DNA of 46,498 nucleotides, taken from Rhizaria sp. SCN 62-66 (Eukaryota). Numbering within the stretch: the first letter of the stretch is position 1; each line of letters begins with the position of its first letter. Location of the stretch: positions 1 through 46,498 of the forward strand of contig MEDY01000238.1 of assembly GCA_001724265.1 (NCBI GenBank). Direction: 5' to 3'. A model generated the notes under the pieces. The model saw only the letters and a list, made by a program, of their open reading frames with translations, ran no database searches and was not told the DNA's origin. Both the position numbers and the translations under genes were made by a program. This document shows, piece after piece, positions 25,511 to 36,892 of this stretch.

Positions 25511-26611
25511 CTATTTTGTTCTGAGCTGAACGATGTTGGAGAGCTAAATTATAGTTATATTAGCATTCTTAGACATTTTTCTTTTGTTGTTTTATCTCAA
25601 TATATCCTTATTAATTGCTGTAAAATTACATCTAAGTATTTTTTTGCGTCTTATTTGTATATGATACTTCATTTTTGCATGTTCCACTAACATTTTATCC
25701 ACCAAGTTACAGATTTTGTGATCGCGTGAATCAGCCTTAAGCACACAAGAAAGATGAACCCCAAATCCGATTAGAAAAGTAACGACTTGCATTTTGTTTG
25801 ACGAACACATTCAAAACATGGATTTATATCTCCTCCCGGACTGCTTTGAGAACGGAAGACGATCTCAAACGGCGCAATACGCCTGTATGTGACCAGCAAT
25901 CTTCAGACTCAATATTAATCAAAACATTAACGCAAAAAACAAAAATAAATCACAAAATCAAATACAAATCGTATCATATTAAGTAAATGTACATTTGTTT
26001 TTCCATTAAATGCGAAGTACATATCGAAAGCATCAAAATACCGCACGGCTCCGTGACTTGTGGTTGACGGGTCGCTGATCGCCGAGACGGGACTGTGACC
26101 CTCAAAGCGATGTAAGGGCTTGCTGACCGACTGGGTGGGGATGGTCCGACGTGGACTGGCGGGCCTGGGCGACGCACGGAGTCTCTTCTGACGGCGTGGG
26201 GTTTCGTTGTTTAGGCGCAAAATGCTTGTTTCAGAGTATTTGAGGCCGTGTTGTATTTGTGACGCTCTGTTTAAACGCTTCCTAAGATAATGAAACACGG
26301 GTTTCGCGCCTTCTTAAGTTGCGCTCAAACCACCGTGGCCGCGGTGTGATGCGAACACTTTCGAATCAAGCTCTTGCATGGCTGGCCATGCGATTTCTTT
26401 GAAATGAAAGTGTGATAATTTACTACAAAGCCCTATGGGATAATTACTGCTTTGCACCTTATTTCAAGGAGCTGCTTTTGTGCCCGTCTATTGCCTCGGT
26501 GTGTTGTTCATCGTCTTGGTCACACACACTCGGCTCACTCCACACTCTTTTTGTCTTGCCCGCCCCTTTCTTCTTCTGTTTGTCACTCCTGTATTCGGCA
26601 TATGTAGAACC

Positions 26612-28066
26612 ATGGATTCGTCGACTATCGCGACCATTGCTGGTGTCGCCATCATTGGTGGCGCCATTTACTACGCCATGACCCCTAAGAAGGTCTCCAC
26701 CACTGCTGCCCCGCTCAACCTCGACGACTTCGCCGAGTCTGGCAAGAAGTCCAACAAGGCCTCCAAGGCCAAGAAGGCTTCCGCGCCTGCCGCCGGCTCC
26801 AAGAAGGAGGAGAAGAAGCCCGAGCCTGCGGCTGCCGTGGAGTCTGAGCCCGAGTCCGACGACGACAACATCGGCGCTATCCTCAAGAACGATAAGGGCG
26901 CTGCCCCCGCTGCCAAGGCCGCCCCCGCCGCCAAGAAGCCCGAGGCCGCCCCCGTCAAGAAGGCCCCCGAGCCCGTCAAGAAGGCCCCCGAGCCCGTCAA
27001 GAAGGCTCCTGAGCCGGTCAAGAAGGAGCAGCCCAAGCCAAAGACCGCCGAGGAGCTCGAGATGGAGCGCCTTAAGGCCGAGCTGGCCGCTCTTAAGGCC
27101 CAGGCCCAGGCCGCCGAGCAGAAGGCCGCCCCCAAGGCCGCCGCGAAGAAGGCCGACTCCGCCGCGCCGCAGATGTCCGAGGCGGAGCTGGCGGAGCAGC
27201 GCGCGTACCTCGCCGAGCTCGACTCGGAGTGGACCGTCGTCGACAAGCCCAAGTACAAGAAGAAGTCCACCAAGGCCGAGTCCGGCGCCGACGCCGACGC
27301 GCCCAAGGTGCCCGAGGGCCCCGCCAAGGTCGTCCTCGAGGTCAAGGTCGCGCCCGAGCACCGCGGCGTGGTGCTGGGCAAGGGCGCCGAGACGCTCAAG
27401 AAGATCATCGAGCTCACTGGCGCCAACATCGACCTCCCTAAGTCCGACTCGCAGTCGACCAAGGTGACGATCGAGGGCACCAAGGAGCAGGCCGAGGCCG
27501 CCAAGCAGGCGATCCAGGAGCTCGTCACCAAGGGCTTCTCCACCCTGCTCGAGCCCGGCACCAGCGAGTCCAAGGTCGTCGTGCCCGCCTCGCGCCGCCT
27601 CGCTGTCATCGGCAGCGCGGGCGCCAACATCAAGAAGATCCAGGAGATCACCGGCGTCAAGATCAACTTCCCCGAGCGCGGCTCGACGTCCGAGACTGTG
27701 CAGCTCGTCGGCGACGCCGCGGCCGTCAAGATCGCCAAGACGGCCATCCTGGCCCTCGTTGAGGACGGCTTCTCCACGCTCACGCACGAGGACTTCGTCA
27801 AGGTTGACGTCGACTTCCCCTTCAAGTACCGCAACCGCCTCATCGGTCCCAACGGCAGCTACATCAAGGACCTCGAGCGCAACACGCACTGCAAGTTCCG
27901 CTTCCCCAAGGACGAGGCCTCGATCGTCACCATCGTTGGTCCCGCCGAGAACATCTCGCAGGCCGAGCGTGCCGTGCGCCGCCTGCAGGACAAGATCGAA
28001 ACCCCTGTCGTGGACGTCTACGAGGAGGGCTTCGACGACGACAACGTCGAGGAGGAGGCCTGGTAA
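26612..28066 (+). CDS. KH-domain RNA-binding protein (3 KH) with an N-terminal transmembrane anchor
   Basis: ATG at 26612 (MDSSTIATIAGVAIIGGAIYYAM, hydrophobic helix), then a Lys/Ala/Pro linker and three GxxG KH loops: VVLGKGAETLKKI, VIGSAGANIKKI, LIGPNGSYIKDL. Strong GC3 codon bias. Ends in TAA. Confidence 0.88.
   Translation: MDSSTIATIAGVAIIGGAIYYAMTPKKVSTTAAPLNLDDFAESGKKSNKASKAKKASAPAAGSKKEEKKPEPAAAVESEPESDDDNIGAILKNDKGAAPAAKAAPAAKKPEAAPVKKAPEPVKKAPEPVKKAPEPVKKEQPKPKTAEELEMERLKAELAALKAQAQAAEQKAAPKAAAKKADSAAPQMSEAELAEQRAYLAELDSEWTVVDKPKYKKKSTKAESGADADAPKVPEGPAKVVLEVKVAPEHRGVVLGKGAETLKKIIELTGANIDLPKSDSQSTKVTIEGTKEQAEAAKQAIQELVTKGFSTLLEPGTSESKVVVPASRRLAVIGSAGANIKKIQEITGVKINFPERGSTSETVQLVGDAAAVKIAKTAILALVEDGFSTLTHEDFVKVDVDFPFKYRNRLIGPNGSYIKDLERNTHCKFRFPKDEASIVTIVGPAENISQAERAVRRLQDKIETPVVDVYEEGFDDDNVEEEAW
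26951..27025 (+). repeat. 21-bp coding tandem repeat (PVKKAPE), about 3.5 copies
   Basis: cccgtcaagaaggcccccgag units inside the KH-protein linker. Confidence 0.85.
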
Positions 28067-29291
28067 ATGCAACACAGCTACACTCTAGGTTTGATCTGCC
28101 ATGTACCATCCCTATTCTAGACGCTCTACTCAAGGCTCTGTTTCACACGCATCATTCAATCGCACTCGTTTTAGCCACCACTACACGTTTTCTCTCTTTT
28201 TAAGTGTGTGAGTGTGAAGTGTGTGAGCGGAGTTCTCTTGAACTTGAAATGATATGCAAATGTGCTCTCTTCGCGACACTACTTGCCCGTTGGTTTTCCT
28301 GTTTCTGTTTTCTTTCTCTCTTCTCTCTACTCTCTTGTTCTCAATCTCTATACTGAGATCACAGCTTCACTCTTCTCGTCTCTCTTTTCTCTCTCCTCAA
28401 GTCCTCTCAGCGCCACCCACACACAGCGTTTACAACACGTTTGATACCCCCCCACGCACGCACTCGCGACGCACCCGGCTCTTCCAGACGACTGTCTCGC
28501 GCCCGCGGTCCCGCTCCTCCCCCACTCGGCACAACGCATTGCAGAAGCACAGCAGCACCCCGCTGCCGCCGCTGCTGCTACGTCGTCGCAGTGGGCGGAG
28601 CGCGGCCGCTCGCGGAATGTCGTTCCTGCCGCCGTGTGCGCGCGCGTGCGGTGTGCGTGCGCTGAGAACCCCTGAGCAGAGCAGAGACCAGACCGAGCGA
28701 GTGATCCCTAGCAGTGCGAGCGGAAGTGGCGAGCAAAGTGAAGGAGCGGAGCAGGGACCGACAGCGCCGCCCCGCTGAGCGAAATCGGGACTGCGCTGGC
28801 TCCATGACTGGCTTTGTATTAATAATATATTAAAAACTAATAAACGAACAGTTTATTGAACACATTACTCCAACAATGTCTCTTTTGCATGTCGTTTATG
28901 ATGATCTTAATGTGATTTTTTTTTATTTGCTGCGTATTAAGGTGATTTTCACTTCAAATGCGTTGACGCTGTAAGATAATACTTGTAATTATATTATATG
29001 TGCAATATAGTTATGTTTTATAACATTTCATATCAATCATGTTGATATATAGACAATACACAGTAAACCTATGTTGTGGCCCGAACAAAGCCATAAATAA
29101 AAATGACTTACAGTGAGTATTGCAAGTCAAAGTTTACTACAACTATATAATGACACAAGATTAAAAAATAACGCACATATCGTTTCCAACCCATCTCTTG
29201 ATGATTTAGCACGATTTCAGCTCTGAGGCCATCTCGACCTTGTTTCGACTGTGATACCCGTGTGATACCCATACTCGTACGTACTAGCTGC

Positions 29292-30472
29292 TCAGTACTT
29301 GAGCCAGGGCTCCGCGGGCCAGGTGAGGTCCGAGTCCATCTCGACCTCGATGGGCGTCTCGAAGATGGCGACCCACTCGGCCGGGCTGGGCATGTCGGCG
29401 CAGGCGCCGAACGCGGCCAGCTTGTCGGCGGCGGGCACGTGGTTAAGCAGTTGCCGCGCCTGCGACCGCTCCAAGTACTCGGCCTGCTTGTCCGCCGGCT
29501 GCGCCGCGCTCTCGCGGCCCAGCTCGAGCAGGTGGCGGTACGTGTCGAAGGCGATCTTGGTCATGTTAACCGAGGCGGCGGCGGCGAAGTCCTCCGAGGT
29601 CGCTTTGACCGCGCGCACGGCGAAGACGGGGAACTCGCGCGGCACTTCCTCCGAGAAGGCGCACACCTTGCAGTTGGCCAGGAATGCCGCCGACGCCGCC
29701 GCCGCGCTCAGCGCCGCCGCGGACACGCCCGCTGCAGCCGCGCCGGCCGGTGTGGCGGCGGCGGGGACGGAAGCGGTGAGGTTGGCGAGCGAGAGGATGA
29801 GGGCGCGCAACACGTCGGCGGGGGCCTCGAGTACGCACGTGATGGCGGATCCGTTGACGACGAGCAACAGGCCCGTCACTGCCTCGGGCGTCTCCTGCAG
29901 GCTCGCAGCCGCGGCGGCGGGCGAGGCGGACGCGGCGCCAGCGTCGGGGGAGCCCGCGGTCGGCGAGGCAGCGCCGTTGTTGTTGCCGTTGTGGCCAGAG
30001 TTGTGAACGTTGTTGGTGTTGTTGTTGGTGTTGTTGTTGTGGGAGGGGGCGGCGACTTGGTGCGCGGCGACAAAGTCGGTAAACCACTGGGAAATCTCGC
30101 TCTCGCGGTGCTTGTTGCCGGCCTCGAATGTACCGGTAATCCTATCCAAAAACGTCAGACACAAACAGACAGTACAGTAGAAGATTGTTCAAAGTGTAAG
30201 AAAAGACAACAGATAAAACACAAGATCGGGGGGAAAGAGCAATAAAATAAGAGATTTAATAACGAAAAAGCGTGGTAAAAGGGAGCAGTGCAGCAGAAAC
30301 AGGAAGTATACAGTCAGTACGCCAGTGTTGAGCTGACAAGGAAGAGAGGAACATACATGACACGGGCGGTGCGGCGGTGGCGCTCTTCCTCGTACTCCTG
30401 GGTCACGACATCGAGTAGGGAGACGCGACGGTCCTCCTCGAAGTCGTTTAGAGACGCGGCGTGAGCACTCAT
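29292..30472 (-). CDS. TEX47: TEX47 (C7orf62)-like protein; exons 30472-30357 and 30141-29292
   Basis: MSAHAASLNDFEEDRRVSLLDVV... spliced at GTATGT...GATAG with the frame preserved. EAVTGLLLVV and C-terminal SPAEWVAIFETPIEVEMDSDLTWPA resemble TEX47 EAVTGLLLIY and [25 protein letters not shown] as recalled. Ends in TGA. Confidence 0.8.
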
Positions 30473-30954
30473 TGCGCGGACAGAAGAGCAAAGAGCTAAC
30501 GGGTGGACTGAGAGTAGGCGTGAAGGGAAGAAGGTGGGAGAGGAAGCAGGGGGCTGCAAGATGGGAAGACAGAATTAGGCCAGTGAGCGTGGTAGAAAAC
30601 GACTACAACAGTTTAATTAAAAAATAGTGACAATGCGTCAGGTTTATTTCAAGAAATCATAGTTTCAGAAGTGCTGACGGTATTTTGAGCGCTGTGGAGA
30701 TCGGCCCAGTTGCGTCTGTTTCCGTTTCCGCCGTTGCCGGTCGGCAGCCGCGAAAAAAGTTTGAACGCGGCTAGAAAAAAACGGCTAGGGACCAGCTGCG
30801 CTCTCGATCTATAGACCGTGCACAAGGAAATAAGAAGTGAATTCGATTCTTCTAAGCTGTTTTGAGTATTTAATCTAATTTATGACTTGACGCCTTGCTG
30901 AATATACCCTCCAATTCGCAACCACCTTGTCGCCTGGCCAGAACCCTTTCGCGA

Positions 30955-32736
30955 ATGAGCGCTGACTCCGAGGCCCCCGACGGCACCCTGCGTCTCACCG
31001 AGCGCTATCTCAAGAAGCTGTGCCGTGAGATGGACCTCTACTCCACTCCTTAGCTCAACGATAAGCTCTACCTCCATTATAAGGGTCCGTCCCCACATCC
31101 TTCATTGCTCGTTACTCCGCTCTGTCGTCGTTGATGCACTCCTCTTCTGTCGCACACTTTCTCACTCTACTTCTCCCAACCTGTACATAATTGCGCTCTT
31201 TCTTTTTATCTCGCGCACAGGCTTTAAGAAGATCGAGGCCCTAGAGCCCTACACGGGCCTCAAGGTGCTGTACCTCGAGGGCAATGGACTCGACACGATC
31301 GAAGGCCTCGCCGCCTGCACCGAGCTTAAGTGTCTCTACCTCCAGGAGAACCTCATCGAAAACGTCCGTTACGCCCGAAAATCTTTATATAACTTCAAAT
31401 ATAGCTTCATGACGTATATTTATATCTTCCCTCGCGACTTTGCCATGCTTTGCCTTGATTGTGTCTCGTATCATTTCTTTTCTTTCCTCTCCTGCTTTTG
31501 CTCACGTTCACTGATACTTTGCATTCTTTGGTGTGCTTCCTTTTTCTCATCTTTGTCACATAACTGCTGCTACAGATCACCGGTCTTGAGACGCTGACCG
31601 TGCTCGATTCCCTCAACCTCAGCAACAACTTGCTCCGCTCCCTCCCTCCCCCGAATCCTCAAAGTGCTGACGCCGCTACCGCTGCTGCTGCTGTTGCGTC
31701 GCCGCTGCCGCTGTCACTAACGTCCCTCATCCTGCAGCGCAACCGCCTGTCTTCGCTGGACTCGCTGTCGATTCTGCCGACCCTGCCGCAGCTGAGCGTG
31801 CTCGATCTGTCACAGAACAACATCTCCGCCTCCCCGGAAGCTCTGCTGGCCTTCCTGGCCTCGCTGCCCGCGCTCAAGGTGCTCTACCTCAAGGGCAACC
31901 CCGCCGTCGAGGGCGTCGAGCATTACCGCAAGCGCGTTGTTGCGGCGATCCCCTCCCTGAGCTACCTCGACGACCGACCCGTGTTCCCAGATGAGCGTCG
32001 TCTGGCCGCGGCCTGGGCGCGCGGCGGCGGCGATGCGGAGCAGGCGGAGCGAGCCGCCATCAAGGCCGAGGAGGCTGCGGCGGCGCGGAAGCAGAGCGAG
32101 GGCTTTGAGGCCATGGTTCGCGCGGCGCGGCGCGAGAAGGGGCTGCCCGAGGAGGAGGACGAGCTGCTGCAGCGGCTGCGCGGTGACGGCGAGGCGGAGG
32201 AGAAGGCTTGGGAAGAGCAGAACAAGACGGCCGCTGCGCAGTCCAAGGCTAAGGCCAAGGCTGAGAAGAAGGCCAAGAAGGCTGCGGGCGTCACGGGCGG
32301 CGGCGGCGGGGTGCTCATCGAGGAAGTGACAGACTCTGAGTCCGACGATGATAACGACGACGACGATGCTGCTGACGCCGCTGTTAACGCTGCCGATGCG
32401 GCTGAGATGCCGGAGCTGGAGGCCGTCGACCCCGAGACTCTGGCGAAGGCCGCCGCTTCCGCCGCGACTGCTACTGCTACTGCGAAGACTGAGACTGGCC
32501 GCAAGCAAGGAGGTCTGCTTGACTTTGGCTCCAGCTCTAGCTCTAGCTCTTCGAGCTCTAGCGCTGCGTCGAAGGCGAACAGTGGCTCCAAGAGCAAGAT
32601 GATCGAGATTGTCGACGATGACGAGGAGGAGGACAGCTCGAGTAACACCAACTCTAAGAATGGCAGTAAGAAGATGATTGAGATCGTCGAGGACGACGAC
32701 GACCAGCACGCGCGCGACGTCGAACTGCTCGATTGA
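30955..32736 (+). CDS. DNAAF1: Dynein axonemal assembly factor 1 (LRRC50/ODA7); exons 30955-31084, 31221-31363, 31576-32736; in-frame TAG at 31051-31053
   Basis: LRLTERYLKKLCREMDLYSTP*LNDKLYLHYKG|FKKIEALEPYTGLKVLYLEGNG, then LRRs and LRR cap YLKGNP..YRKRVVAAIPSLSYLDDRPVFPDERRLAAAWARGG. Splice phases are consistent. Ends in TGA. Confidence 0.93.
31051..31053 (+). other. In-frame TAG, probable sense codon (DNAAF1)
   Basis: Lies inside the conserved LY.TP.LND.LYLH.KG motif. Confidence 0.85.
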
Positions 32737-33302
32737 TTACAGTGCCACATGGAGTATAACGCACGAACTGGGAATAGTAACAGATGATATGCTTAATTGG
32801 CAACGACCACGACGTGAGTGCGCTTTGTTTCAGGCTTTGTGAGAGCCGGGAAAGGGCCATTATATGCTTAAGTGCACTTAAATAAATACGAAAAATAGAT
32901 TAAAAACATCTGGGTCTATCGAGATAATGATGTTATAACTGTATTTGGTGTTGTTTATGCTGAATTATCGTCAATTCATGTGTTTGTGGTCACAGCGTGA
33001 CTGTGGCGCGAGTGCAGGTCAGCGACGTATCGCTTGTTGGCTCCATTTAAACAAGCGTCAAATGCGATGAGGACTCGTTGTTTTCACAATTTGCGATGAA
33101 ATATGATAATATATAGAGTATATTATACTATACTGTTTTAATCTTGCTTAAATCGCGCATTCAGAATACTATACCTTACATTTTGAATACTGAACTGATC
33201 TACTTTGCCGTCACACGAATCTCCACGCTCTCACCCGCCGTCCTGCTCTCCCCTTATTTCCCTGTGCGCCATATTCACACCGCCCGCGTGCCGCAGCGCG
33301 TT

Positions 33303-36300
33303 ATGGGCAATAAACCCGGTGGCCCGATCGACGCAGACCCTACAGCGGAGCCTGCGGCGGCGCCCACGGCGGTGCACGTCGCGACCGCGGCCGCGGAGGG
33401 CAAGACGGCTGCCGCGGCCTCGCTCCACGCCGGCAGTACGCGCCGCGCGCTGTCCAACGAGGAGCTCAAGGCGCGCGGCATCAGTCGCGCCTCGCAGGAA
33501 GTTACCCGCAGGCTTGCCAGCGGCGAGACAGGCTGGTCAGGTACGTGTCGCAGTCGCATGGCGACACTCTCAATTCCATTTGACTATTTGCTTGTTTTGT
33601 GTCATCTGCCTCTTAATCTACGCATATCAATATATAGCGTTTTTATAAGTAATTTATGTTATTTATCTAACCGTTTGTCAACTTTCGTTTGATTTCTCTT
33701 TATTTTTGCGCTGTATATTTTCGTATTCGCAGTCAAGGTGATAATCCGGGGAGCGCCCCGGACCGGCAAGACCTCTCTGTTCCACGCGCTCCAGGGCCGC
33801 CTCTCGCCCGCCGCGCTGCAGTTTGCCTTCGCCTCTTCGGCCACGGCGGGCGGCGACAGCAGCGACGCCGAGGCGGCGATCTCTGCCTTCTACCACGCGT
33901 CGCCAAGCACGGTGGACGCGGCCGCCGAGCCGACGCCCGAGGTGCAGTCTGCCAAGGTCGGCTGGCGGCTCATCCCGCCCGAGGGCTACTTCGCCTCGGC
34001 CATCGGCTCCGCAAGCCCCTTTGGCCTCCTGGGCCCCGCCGTCACTGCCGCGCACTCAGGCTTCAGCTCAAGCTCTCACTCTAATAGTAACAACAGCGGC
34101 AGCGGGAGCGGCAGTGTCGGCCTGGGCGCGAGCGTGATGCTGCCGCCCGGCTCGGTCCCGCCCTCCTCGGTCACCGCGGCGGCAGCCCTCTACGCCACCG
34201 ACTACGTCACGCTGGACCTGATTGATTTGGTGGACTCTGGCCTCGCGCGCCTGCAGCCCGCGGCGTCGCTGCCGCCCGCGCAGCGCCACCTCGCCGCCGC
34301 GGCCGCCACCACGGTCGCGCCGACAGACCCGCGCCACCCCGCGCACGCGCGCTTCCAGCCTAGCCCCGCGCTTGCGTACGGGCCGTGGTACGTCCAGCTG
34401 CGCCAACAGGCCATGCTCGCCGCGCTCGTGACCGTCCCTGCCGAGGGTTCGGCGTCGGCCGTGGCTCGCGCAGTCGCCGCCGCCACCGCCGTGCGCACCG
34501 CCGCGACGCTGTCACTCGCCGCGGAGGCCGCGCTGGCGGCGGGCGCGTCCCCGGCGGCGGTGGCCGCGGTGACTGCGCCCGCGACGGCCTGGGAGCTGCT
34601 CGCTGGCTTCAACCCTGTGACGTCGTTCCAGTTTATCACGGACATCCCCGCCGTCCCACTCGCCGCGCTGCCCAGCGTTGACGCCAGCATGCTCAGCGAC
34701 CCCTACTCCGGCGCCGCCGCCATGGTACGTCCCGCTTCATTTCACATCGCGCGCGAGATGTCTTGTTATGGATTTATGGATTCGTGACTCTTGAATATGC
34801 TGTTTTTTTCTTTCTCCAATTTTGGGGTGTTTTCGTGAAAATTGACTTTAATTTTGTTTGTTTAATGTACCTTTTCTTTTTTCTCTTACTTACGCTCCCT
34901 TTTTCAACTTTTTTCTTGACTCTGTGACCACGTGACCTCAACTAACTCCCTCTGCGACCGTGACTGTGACTGTAACTGCGCGCAGGTGGTGACCGTTGAC
35001 CCCCGCCGTGCTGACTCGCTGCAGTACTGCGCGCAGGTCATCAACGCGGCGCCTAAGCACCTCGACGTCGTCGTCGTGCTGGGGTTCCGCGACTGCCGCG
35101 GCCCTGACGGCAGTGAGGCCTGCGGCATCACCGTCGAGCAGGTCGAGCAGGTATGCCCTACATGCGAGATATCTCACGTATAGAAAATGTATTCGGAGTA
35201 ATTTTAGTATCTCTATTTGAATATTTGCATCAAAGTTGTAATACCAGACATTTATTCTTTAAATCACTCATATATGCTTTCAAATCCTTTGTTTTAACTA
35301 TGACGACCAACCTAGGCCGTCGCCGCGCGCCCGCGCACGCGCGTGATCGAGCTGTCCCTGCGCACAGGCTTCGGGCTTCCCGCGCTGCACTCGTTCTTCT
35401 CGCTGCCGTTTCTGCGCGCGCGCCAGGCCGTGCAGCTGCAGCAGCTTTCCGCGCTGGTGGCCTCGCTGGCACACTCCGAGTCTGCTCTGGGCGGTTCTCT
35501 CACGGGCGGTGACCCGGCCTCCGTGCGCGCGGCCCTCGTGGCCGCCGGGCAGGACGGGCCCGCCGTGCCGCGCGCCGCCGCGGGCCCCGCCGGCAAGCTG
35601 TCGCTGCCCTACGCTGACTGGGTGCGGTTCGCGCGCCTCACCGCGGGGTCCTTCGGCGCGCCCCTCGCCGCCGCGCTCATGGCCCATCTGGCCGTCGACG
35701 CCGCGGCCGCAGAGAAGGCCCTCGTCGCCGCCGGCAAGGCCGCGCGCGGCGTCTTCAGCCGTCTGCTCGGCACCGGCAAGGGCGCCGGGTCCTCGTCGGC
35801 CGCTGCCGCCGCCGCCGCCGCCATCGCCGCCGCCGCCTCGCCCCCCGGCTCCCCCGCCGCGCCCAGCGCAGCAGCCGGCGCCGGCGTTGGCGGTGCGAGC
35901 GGCGCGGCGGCGGGCACGGTGCCGGCTGTGGCGCTGGCGCTCGCGGGCGGCCCCGCGGCGGCGCTCGCCGCCGAGGGCTTCAGCGACCCGGCGGCCGTGG
36001 TGGCGGCGCACGCCATGCTGGCCTCCCTTCCGCCCCCGCAGCTGCAGCGGCTGGCGCTGCTGCTCGCGCTCAACCCCTGGGCCGACGAGCGCGCCGCACT
36101 GGCCTCGGCGCTGGCGCAGGCGCGCGCGCTGGGCCCGCAACGGGCGGGCGAGCTGGGCTACCCCCTGTGGGCCGTCGACGTCGCCGCGGGGGGCGCGATG
36201 ACTGCCGCCGCCGTCGCCGCCGCCGCCGCCGCGGGCGTGCCTGGGGCCGCGGCGCTGCAGCCTAGCTCGGCCACCGGCGCCAGCTACGAGTTCCGCTCCT

Positions 36301-36847
36301 CCGCCGCCGCCGCCGCGGACAGCATCAGCAAGGCGCGCGCGGGGGGCAATGACGACGATGACGACGAGGCGGTGTTCAAGCCGGCGCGCTCGACCCGGGG
36401 CTTCTACGATGACGACGACGACGACAGCGACGCAGGTGGCAACAAAAACAAGTCGAAGCAGAGTGCCGCGAAGCAGAGCGCGAGCGTGTCGCCGCCGGGA
36501 CTCAAGACCGCGAGCTACGCCCCCGCGCCTGTACCGGTGACCGTGAGCCGCTCCCCCGCCCAGCCCGCCGCTGCCGCCAACACTGGCGCTAAGAAGGCGA
36601 CGAGTGGGTTTTACAGTGATAGTGATAGCGGTGGCGACGGACTGGTCGATCAGCGCTATGCACAGGGCAAGGGCAAGTCGAGCAAGAGCAAGAGCAAGGC
36701 TAAGAAGGGCGGGTTTTACGACTCGGACAGCGAGGCCAGCTCGAGCTCCAGCGACAGTGACAGTGACAGCGACGTCGAAGGGAACGATGAGGACGACGAT
36801 GACGACTTTCTCGAAGGCATGGCGTCACATACGGCCGCCAAGAAGGC

Positions 36848-36892
<45 letters not shown>

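Noticed and set aside
20400-26400. Short ORFs in the AT-rich region
   Set aside because: They lack the GC3 bias of real exons, and several merely overlap tRNA genes.
26459-28075. 538-aa antisense ORF, and the many other overlapping ORFs (e.g. 103..726, 16409..17899, 40127..41614)
   Set aside because: Shadow frames of GC-rich, codon-biased real genes, with no recognisable domains.
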